Origin: an uncultured Gammaproteobacteria bacterium
GTDB taxonomy: Bacteria > Patescibacteriota > Microgenomatia > Daviesbacterales > UBA10151
Length of the DNA: 5,865 bases
Direction: 5' to 3'
NCBI GenBank assembly: GCA_964522265.1
Contig: CAZFVS010000008.1
Coordinates: 1 to 5,865, forward strand
Shown here: in pieces, positions 1 to 5,456 of the stretch
How the letters are laid out: the number at the start of each line of letters is the position of its first letter
Numbering within the stretch: position 1 is the stretch's first letter
Notes under the pieces: generated by a model
Database searches by the model: none
Told to the model about the DNA's origin: nothing
What the model saw: the letters and a program-made list of their open reading frames with translations, nothing else
Made by a program: the position numbers and the translations under genes

Positions 1-66
1 CGGACTAAAAGAATACAATTTTAGCTATTTAAATACAAACTGGGGTAATGTCAGTCACCAGGTGTC

Positions 67-95
67 TTGAGGCTTTGTTGGGTCTGTGGTAATAT
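67..95 (+). promoter_or_regulatory. putative sigma70-type promoter of the guaB-like gene
   Basis: TTGAGG (67-72), 17-nt spacer, TAATAT (90-95). The -10 is preceded by TGg (87-89), resembling an extended -10. The ATG at 110 lies 14 nt after the -10, with no SD in between. Motif match by eye only. Confidence 0.35.
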
Positions 96-109
96 TGTAA
101 AAATCTTCC

Positions 110-1621
110 ATGAATATTGAGCAGCGCCGGATAAAAGATTTTTTGGAAAACGAGGAGATCGGTTTTAATGATGTAATTTTGGCTCCCAAAAATATTGTCA
201 GAATAAAGTGGTCAGATGTAGATTTAAGTACACGGCTTACCAAAAGAATAACATTGGCAAATCCCCTGATGAGCTCTCCTATGGATACTGTAACAGAAGC
301 TGAAATGGCAATTTTGCTGGCTAAACTGGGAGGGATTGGAGTAATTCACAACAATAATACCGTTGATGAGCAGATGTGGGAGATAGAAAAAGTCCGCAGA
401 TGGGAAGCGGGATTTATCAGGAACCCGGTGGTTTTACCCAGAGATGCAATCCTGAAAGATTATGTAGCAATCCTGAAAAAATATAATATCTCAAGCCAAT
501 TTATTACCGAAGACGGGACACTAAACTCTAAACTGGTAGGGGTAATTACTGAAAATGATGTGTGCGACACTGATGATCTGACTGTCAAAGTCGGGCAGTT
601 AATGACTCCGGTAAGCGAGATGACAACTGAACCAAGAGAAACCACGCTTGATAAAAATGATATTAAGACAGCAAACAAAATTATCAGGGAAAGGAAGATG
701 GGAGCCTTGCCGATTGTTGATAGGGATGGAAAATTAGTAGCGCTTGTCACAAGAAGTGATTTATTAAAAAATAAAACTTATCCAGATGCCACTAAAGATG
801 AAAATAAACAACTAAAAGTCTTAATAGCTGTTGAAGCAACGCTTGATGATTTAACCAAAGAGCGGATCGATGGGGCCAAACAAACAGGAGCAAGCGGTAT
901 AGTGTTAGACCAAAGGAATACTTCACTGGCTCAACTTGCTGATGTAGCCGAATGGGCCAGAAAGCATGCTCCTGATCTTGATATTATTTCTGGTAATGTT
1001 GTTACTGAGGAGGCAACAAGAGAGATGTTAGGATATTTTGGTGGTTTATTTGATGCAATCAGGGTAGGCATTGGGGGCGGTAATCTTTGTAGGACAACAG
1101 AGGATTTGAATTTTGGGAGAGCGCTTCCTGCATCTGTCAGAGCCGTTAAGAGAATAGTCAGGATATATGAGAAAAAATTGGGATTTATTGGGGTAATTGG
1201 AGATGGCGGGATGTTGTCTCCTGGACATGTTACTACCATCATGATGTTTGGGGCCGATGCAGCGATGTTTGGTTCATTACTTAGCGGTTATTCACAATCG
1301 CCTCACAAAGAATGGTGGGATGAAGAGATGGGAATGTTGGTAAAAAGAGCCAGAGGTATGGGTTCGAGAGACGTAATGGTTGAACGTGCAGGTGCGGACC
1401 GGTATATGCAGGACAAAAGTACTGTGGAGGAAAGGTGGTTTGAAGGTGTTGAGAAAAAGGTACCTTTTATGGGAGATGGCGAACCTTTGCTTAGACAATT
1501 TTTAAATGGTTTAAGAAATAACCTGCATGGTTTAAACTGTAAAGATTATCATGAGCTTAGAGTAAAAATGCCCGCATACCCGAAAAGAATGTCTTCTTCC
1601 AAAGGCTCCCTGTTTAAGTAA
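110..1621 (+). CDS. guaB: IMP dehydrogenase family protein with a CBS (Bateman) insert, divergent
   Basis: 503-aa ORF ending in TAA. IMPDH hallmarks by eye: FNDVILAP near the N-terminus, SSPMDTVTEAEMAILLAKLGGIGVIH, a CBS pair region (about aa 100-230), PDLDIISGNVVT, the catalytic-loop Cys in VGIGGGNLCRTT (TGT 1088-1090), GDGG, GSLLSG, RGMGS, and the flap DRY motif (CGG TAT 1400-1405). The NAD-site motif and the C-terminus diverge (see findings). Confidence 0.85.
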   Translation: MNIEQRRIKDFLENEEIGFNDVILAPKNIVRIKWSDVDLSTRLTKRITLANPLMSSPMDTVTEAEMAILLAKLGGIGVIHNNNTVDEQMWEIEKVRRWEAGFIRNPVVLPRDAILKDYVAILKKYNISSQFITEDGTLNSKLVGVITENDVCDTDDLTVKVGQLMTPVSEMTTEPRETTLDKNDIKTANKIIRERKMGALPIVDRDGKLVALVTRSDLLKNKTYPDATKDENKQLKVLIAVEATLDDLTKERIDGAKQTGASGIVLDQRNTSLAQLADVAEWARKHAPDLDIISGNVVTEEATREMLGYFGGLFDAIRVGIGGGNLCRTTEDLNFGRALPASVRAVKRIVRIYEKKLGFIGVIGDGGMLSPGHVTTIMMFGADAAMFGSLLSGYSQSPHKEWWDEEMGMLVKRARGMGSRDVMVERAGADRYMQDKSTVEERWFEGVEKKVPFMGDGEPLLRQFLNGLRNNLHGLNCKDYHELRVKMPAYPKRMSSSKGSLFK

Positions 1622-1650
1622 TTGACTAAAACATTTATATCCATTATATT
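1622..1650 (+). promoter_or_regulatory. putative sigma70-type promoter of purA, geometry implies a leaderless or near-leaderless mRNA
   Basis: TTGACT (1622-1627), exactly 17-nt spacer, TATATT (1645-1650). Only 8 nt (caccttgc, no SD) separate it from the ATG at 1659. Confidence 0.4.
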
Positions 1651-1658
1651 CACCTTGC

Positions 1659-3008
1659 ATGGGAAAGCCTGAAGTTATCGCTGTTTGCGGTGGTCAATGG
1701 GGGGATGAGGGGAAAGGTAAAATTGTTGACTTCCTGGCACAGGATGTGGATGTTGTTATGAGGGCACAAGGCGGTGATAATGCTGGGCATACTGTTGTAA
1801 ACCCATTGGGCAAATTTGCCCTTCATCTGATACCTGCAGGCATTTTTAATCCTTTTACGGAAAACATTATTGGTGCAGGAGTTGCACTAAATCCCAAAAG
1901 TTTGATTGAAGAGATGAAAAACCTGGAGCAGTATGGAATACCTCTGGACAATTTAAAAATCAGCCCTAAAGCCCATTTAGTTTTTGAGTACCATCAACAG
2001 TTAGATGATATGCAGGAGCTTTTGAAAGGGAGCGGGAGAATCGGTACAACAAGACATGGTATTGGTCCAGCTTATATGGATAAAGCAGAAAGAGTGGGAT
2101 TACGAGTGGAAACCTTAAGTGATCCGGATGACTTGCTTGACCGGATGGATAGAATTTTAGAAGCACAAAGAAACCGCTTGGTTAATAAAAATTTCATCCA
2201 ATCAATTGAGGCATATTTAAATAACAAGTCTAGCCTTGGAGCACTTTGCGATGAAGACCTTGGGAAGTTAATTATATTGGCTAGTGAAAATATCCCTGAT
2301 TCATTCTATGCAGAATATTACGAGGAACTTATATTAAATGCACAAAAGATGCTTGCTCCCCTGATTGCAGATGTGGATGAGATTGTGCAGAAGCATCTTG
2401 AAAACGCTTCCAGGATTTTAATTGAAGGGGCGCATGGGACGCTTTTGGATTTAGATCATGGTACTTACCCTTGGGTTACCTCATCAAATCCAACAGTTGC
2501 GGGGCTGCTATTAGGTTCAGGAATTCCTCCTAAATATTTGACACGTTCAATTGGAGTATTTAAAGCTTATCAAACCAGGGTTGGGGGTGGTGGTATGCCT
2601 ACGGAATTAAATGACGGGAAAGGGGAGATGATAAGGCAAAAAGGGCATGAGTTTGGGACAACAACAGGCAGACCCCGAAGGGTGGGGTATTTTGATAAAG
2701 TTGCTTTCAGATATGCCATGGAGATAAACGGATTTACGGATATTGCTTTAACAAGATTGGATATTTTATCAGGGGTGGGGGATTTGAAAGTTTGTGATCG
2801 GTATGAGTATGAGGGTCAAATATTAACCAGATTTCCAACTGATGCTAGGGTTTTGGCAAAATGTAAGCCGGTATATAGAGTTGAAGATAATTTTGAGGGG
2901 TGGGATGTATCAGGAAACAAAGACCACAAATATATTAGGGCAACTGTTGGTAAACCCTCATTTATTGGTACTGGGGAGAGAAGAGAAAACCTAATTGTGG
3001 TAAAATGA
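1659..3008 (+). CDS. purA: adenylosuccinate synthetase
   Basis: 449-aa ORF. Motifs: P-loop GGQWGDEGKGK, GGDNAGHT, IGTTRHGIGPAY, EGAHGTLLDLDHGTYPWVTSSN, KAYQTRVG, FGTTTGRPRRVGY, LTRLDIL. The stop is TGA (3006-3008), immediately followed by an in-frame TAA (3009-3011). Confidence 0.93.
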   Translation: MGKPEVIAVCGGQWGDEGKGKIVDFLAQDVDVVMRAQGGDNAGHTVVNPLGKFALHLIPAGIFNPFTENIIGAGVALNPKSLIEEMKNLEQYGIPLDNLKISPKAHLVFEYHQQLDDMQELLKGSGRIGTTRHGIGPAYMDKAERVGLRVETLSDPDDLLDRMDRILEAQRNRLVNKNFIQSIEAYLNNKSSLGALCDEDLGKLIILASENIPDSFYAEYYEELILNAQKMLAPLIADVDEIVQKHLENASRILIEGAHGTLLDLDHGTYPWVTSSNPTVAGLLLGSGIPPKYLTRSIGVFKAYQTRVGGGGMPTELNDGKGEMIRQKGHEFGTTTGRPRRVGYFDKVAFRYAMEINGFTDIALTRLDILSGVGDLKVCDRYEYEGQILTRFPTDARVLAKCKPVYRVEDNFEGWDVSGNKDHKYIRATVGKPSFIGTGERRENLIVVK

Positions 3009-3014
3009 TAACCT

Positions 3015-3290
3015 ATGGTTGAAAGAATACCTGATTTTGATCAGCAACAGTTCAAGTCAGCATGGGAAGAAGCACAAAGACAACATGATTTTTGGTCTTG
3101 ATATTTTCAGGAATTTGTAGGACAAAAAAAGTACAGGGATAAATTCCTGGCAATAAAAGATGGAGAAGTTGTAGGGTATGGCAGAGATCTGGTTAAATTA
3201 ATTATGCGGCTTGAGGAAAAAGGTTTAAAGCACAATGAGGTTTGGATTAGATTTATAACTGATGATATACATAAACTGACTGGTCATTAA
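3015..3290 (+). pseudogene. DUF5678-like small protein frame interrupted by a single in-frame TGA (nonsense pseudogene or recoded gene)
   Basis: The ATG at 3015 lies 6 nt after the purA stop. My translation is MVERIPDFDQQQFKSAWEEAQRQHDFWS*YFQEFVGQKKYRDKFLAIKDGEVVGYGRDLVKLIMRLEEKGLKHNEVWIRFITDDIHKLTGH, then TAA (3288-3290). The only interruption is TGA at 3099-3101. The segment after the TGA stays open for 62 codons in AT-rich DNA. It carries the pattern I remember for DUF5678-type small proteins (Y..kfvAI.dGeVvg.G.dl..l). The family assignment is from memory, not a search. Confidence 0.5.
3107..3150 (+). other. perfect 9-bp inverted repeat / stem-loop just downstream of the in-frame TGA
   Basis: CAGGAATTT (3108-3116) is the exact reverse complement of AAATTCCTG (3141-3149). 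The stem is extendable by G-U and U-A pairs (3107/3150, 3117/3140, 3118/3139). The loop is about 20-24 nt and A-rich. Confidence 0.6.
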
Positions 3291-3313
3291 ACCTCTACTC
3301 ACTCCGAGTCAGA

Positions 3314-3319
3314 TATAAT
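3314..3319 (+). promoter_or_regulatory. consensus -10 box (TATAAT) 8 nt upstream of the sufB ATG; no convincing -35
   Basis: TATAAT at 3314-3319, then aataactg, then the ATG at 3328. The hexamer 17 nt upstream (acctct) is a poor -35. The spacing to the ATG matches that at purA. Confidence 0.25.
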
Positions 3320-3327
3320 AATAACTG

Positions 3328-4725
3328 ATGAATACAGCGGAAATAAAAAAAGAAGAATATCAATATGGATTTCATGACGACGAGGATTATGTTTTCAAAT
3401 CCCAACGCGGACTTTCTAAAGAAACCGTAGAAGAGATCTCAAGGTACAAAAATGAGCCTGCATGGATGAAAAAATTTAGACTGCGTTCACTGGAAATCTT
3501 TAATAAAAAACCCATGCCTTCTTGGGGTGCAGATCTTTCGGGAATAGACTTTGACAACATCTTTTATTATGTAAAACCTTCTGAAAAAGCAGAAGGTAGG
3601 TGGGAAGAAGTTCCGGACTACATTAAAAAGACTTTTGATAAGTTGGGAATTCCGGAAGCTGAAAGGAAATTTTTAGCAGGGGTTAGTGCCCAATATGAAT
3701 CTGAAGTAGTTTATCACAACATCAGGCAGGATCTGGAAAAAAAGGGCGTCATTTTTACTGATATGGATTCAGGCTTGCGCGAGCATCCGGAAATTGTGAA
3801 AAAGTATTTTGGAACAATTATTCCGCCTGCTGACAATAAATTTTCAGCATTAAATAGTGCTGTCTGGTCCGGCGGGAGTTTTATCTATGTGCCAAAAGGG
3901 GTAGAAGTAGAAATACCTCTGCAGGCGTATTTCAGGATTAATGCGGAAAATATGGGGCAATTCGAGAGGACCCTGATTATTGCTGATGAGGACTCAAAAG
4001 TGCACTACATTGAAGGTTGTACGGCGCCGGTTTATTCTTCAGACTCCCTGCATTCGGCAGTTGTTGAGCTGATTGCGAAAAAAGGAGCGCATCTGCGTTA
4101 TACCACCATCCAAAACTGGTCCTCTAATGTTTATAACCTGGTTACCAAACGGGCTATGGCTTATGAAGATGCAATAGTTGAATGGGTTGATGGGAATTTA
4201 GGCTCCAAAGTGACTATGAAATATCCGAGTGTATATTTAATGGGGCCAAGGGCCCGGGCTGAGATTATCTCAGTAGCTTTTGCAGGTGCAGGCCAGCATC
4301 AGGATGCCGGGGGGAAGGTGATCCATGTTGCCCCTGAGACAACATCCACCATAACTTCAAAATCAATCAGTAAAGACGGAGGAAGGACTTCTTACCGTGG
4401 CTTATTAAAAATCCACAAAGGTGCATATGGGGCAAAATCTGCAGTTAGGTGTGATGCATTGCTTTTGGATGAGACATCCCGTTCTGATACTTACCCTACT
4501 ATTGAAGCCGATGAAGAAAGGGTGATGATTGAGCATGAAGCAACTGTGGGGAAAATTGGGGATGAGCAGTTGTTTTACCTGATGACACGCGGTTTAACTG
4601 AAACACAGGCTAAAACTATGATAGTAAATGGTTTTTTTGACTGTTTTACAAAAGAGTTGCCAATGGAGTATGCAGTTGAGTTAAACAGATTACTGGCGAT
4701 GAGTATGGAGGGCGCAGTAGGATAA
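3328..4725 (+). CDS. sufB: Fe-S cluster assembly scaffold protein SufB
   Basis: 465-aa ORF ending in TAA. Typical SufB N-terminus ([58 protein letters not shown]) and core ([59 protein letters not shown]). Confidence 0.93.
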   Translation: MNTAEIKKEEYQYGFHDDEDYVFKSQRGLSKETVEEISRYKNEPAWMKKFRLRSLEIFNKKPMPSWGADLSGIDFDNIFYYVKPSEKAEGRWEEVPDYIKKTFDKLGIPEAERKFLAGVSAQYESEVVYHNIRQDLEKKGVIFTDMDSGLREHPEIVKKYFGTIIPPADNKFSALNSAVWSGGSFIYVPKGVEVEIPLQAYFRINAENMGQFERTLIIADEDSKVHYIEGCTAPVYSSDSLHSAVVELIAKKGAHLRYTTIQNWSSNVYNLVTKRAMAYEDAIVEWVDGNLGSKVTMKYPSVYLMGPRARAEIISVAFAGAGQHQDAGGKVIHVAPETTSTITSKSISKDGGRTSYRGLLKIHKGAYGAKSAVRCDALLLDETSRSDTYPTIEADEERVMIEHEATVGKIGDEQLFYLMTRGLTETQAKTMIVNGFFDCFTKELPMEYAVELNRLLAMSMEGAVG

Positions 4726-4776
4726 AACCATTCTAATACACCCGGAGGGTAAATTACGTTGGCACCTAGATTGTTT

Positions 4777-4805
4777 ATGCAAAAATTCCGTCTTCGTAAT
4801 ATAAT
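4777..4805 (+). promoter_or_regulatory. putative promoter for the lemA leader
   Basis: Consensus TATAAT at 4800-4805. A weak -35, ATGCAA (4777-4782), sits at 17-nt spacing. A start near 4812 would give a leader of roughly 115 nt containing the hairpin block. Confidence 0.3.
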
Positions 4806-4825
4806 TTTATTGTACCTTCGTAATA
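4792..4825 (+). repeat. 10-nt direct repeat CTTCGTAATA x2
   Basis: Identical copies at 4792-4801 and 4816-4825, offset by 24 nt. The first overlaps the putative -10 box; the second abuts hairpin H1. Confidence 0.6.
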
Positions 4826-4918
4826 CCACGAGTGTAAACTCGTGGATGAAGGAGGTTCCGACGAAGTCGGACTCCGCGAAGCGGAGAACAAGAAGATACC
4901 ACGGGCGTCAGCCCATGG
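4826..4918 (+). ncRNA. candidate structured RNA (5' leader / cis-regulatory element upstream of lemA); strand assumed from context
   Basis: Four hairpins. H1 is CCACGAG/CTCGTGG (4826-4845). H2 is TCCGAC-GAA-GTCGGA (4857-4871). H3 is CTCCGC-GAA-GCGGAG (4872-4886). H4 is CCAcGGGC-GTCA-GCCCaTGG (4899-4918). By my hand count, the block 4851-4918 is about 62% G+C against about 25% for 4771-4825. I could not match it to any RNA family I know. Confidence 0.4.
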
Positions 4919-4928
4919 AAAATTCATT

Positions 4929-5456
4929 ATGGAAGCGCAGGTTGCCTTTGTAATTTTTACTCTGGCTGCATTAATTATTATTTGGACCTACAATTCTTTT
5001 ATTCGGTTGATTAACCGGACAAAGGAGGCTTGGGCAGATATTGATGTCCAGCTTAAGAGAAAATATGATCTTATTCCCAAATTGACTGATTTGGTTCAGT
5101 CCTATGCAAAGCATGAAAAAAGCATTTTTGAGGAGGTGACAGAGGCGCGAAGCAAAGCATTAAGCGCCCAAACAATAACCGTCAAAGATTCAATGGATGA
5201 TGCGGTGAGGTTGTCTTTGGGGAAAGTATTGGCTATAGCAGAGAATTACCCAAATCTTCGGGCTTCGGAAAATTTTGCCAAGTTGCAGGGTGAGCTGACA
5301 GAAACCGAGAATTTAATCGCTTACGCCCGTCGGTTTTACAACGGTAATGTCCGCGATTTAAACACCAAAATTGAGATTTTCCCAAGCAATATTTTAGCTA
5401 AAATTTACAACTTTAAAAAATGGGATTTTTTCCAACTCGACCAAGAAAGTGCTTAA
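4929..5456 (+). CDS. lemA: LemA family membrane protein
   Basis: The ORF is open from GTG 4842, but the LemA-like sequence starts at ATG 4929. It reads MEAQVAFVIFTLAALIIIWTYNSFIRLINRTKEAWADIDVQLKRKYDLIPKL...: a short N-terminus, one TM helix, then the conserved YN..v.l.n.v.eaw..idvqlkrr.dlip core. 175 aa, TAA stop. The start choice is uncertain. Confidence 0.85.
   Translation: MEAQVAFVIFTLAALIIIWTYNSFIRLINRTKEAWADIDVQLKRKYDLIPKLTDLVQSYAKHEKSIFEEVTEARSKALSAQTITVKDSMDDAVRLSLGKVLAIAENYPNLRASENFAKLQGELTETENLIAYARRFYNGNVRDLNTKIEIFPSNILAKIYNFKKWDFFQLDQESA

Noticed and set aside
2-70. Open frame at the window start (GLKEYNFSYLNTNWGNVSHQVS, then TGA 68-70) as the tail of an upstream gene
   Set aside because: It is only 22 codons with no recognisable motif, and another frame stops at TAG 22-24. 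That is too little sequence to support a call.
1442-1468. Apparent loss of the IMPDH catalytic Arg-Tyr dyad (EGVEKKVPF versus bacterial EGIEGRVPY)
   Set aside because: On re-checking against the human IMPDH2 numbering, the catalytic Arg429-Tyr430 dyad maps to the upstream (D/N)RYF motif. That motif is retained here as DRYM (1397-1408). The EG.E segment is variable among IMPDHs, so no loss of catalysis is inferred.
55-2166. Six minus-strand ORFs in the supplied track (55-243, 460-750, 931-1242, 1046-1228, 1292-1498, 1966-2166)
   Set aside because: All lie antisense within, or overlapping, the well-supported guaB and purA coding regions. Their translations are low-complexity and hydrophobic or Ser/Pro/Ile-rich with no recognisable motifs. 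These are typical shadow ORFs.
4740-4750. Small hairpin ACCC-GGA-GGGT after the sufB stop as a terminator
   Set aside because: It has only a 4-bp stem with a triloop and no downstream T-run. I found no convincing intrinsic terminator anywhere in the window.
4575-4829. Minus-strand 84-aa ORF overlapping the sufB 3' end and the spacer
   Set aside because: It is antisense to the conserved sufB C-terminus, has no recognisable domain, and its putative start lies inside the repeat/promoter region. Most likely a shadow ORF.
4848-4860. Minus-strand ACCTCCTT as the 3' end of a 16S rRNA gene
   Set aside because: The flanking sequence does not match the conserved 16S 3' terminus (GGATCACCTCCTT and the helix 45 region), and protein-coding genes occupy both sides.
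4857-4886. Tandem twin hairpins as a guanidine-II (mini-ykkC) riboswitch
   Set aside because: The two-small-hairpin architecture is similar, but mini-ykkC requires ACGR tetraloops. Here both loops are GAA triloops closed by C-G. The hairpins abut with no linker, and the downstream genes are not guanidine transporters or carboxylases.
4839-4905. Hammerhead-like (GATGA after a stem) or T-box-like (GTGGTA on the minus strand) cores
   Set aside because: Only partial 5-6 nt resemblances. The required CUGAUGA...GAAA core and the T-box GGGUGGNACCGCG sequence are not present.
4842-4928. N-terminal extension of LemA from GTG 4842, as drawn in the ORF track (204 aa)
   Set aside because: The extra 29 residues (MDEGGSDEVGLREAENKKIPRASAHGKFI) are encoded by the palindromic hairpins and have no counterpart in LemA proteins, which normally begin a few residues before the TM helix. 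ATG 4929 gives the canonical architecture. The extension cannot be strictly excluded without proteomic or homology data.
4759-4953. A 64-aa, highly basic + strand ORF (TTG start) running through the hairpin block and into lemA
   Set aside because: It has a non-ATG start with no ribosome-binding signal and overlaps the lemA start out of frame. Its Arg/Lys-rich composition is what translation through GC-rich palindromes (CGAAG repeats) produces. The hairpin structure explains the region better.
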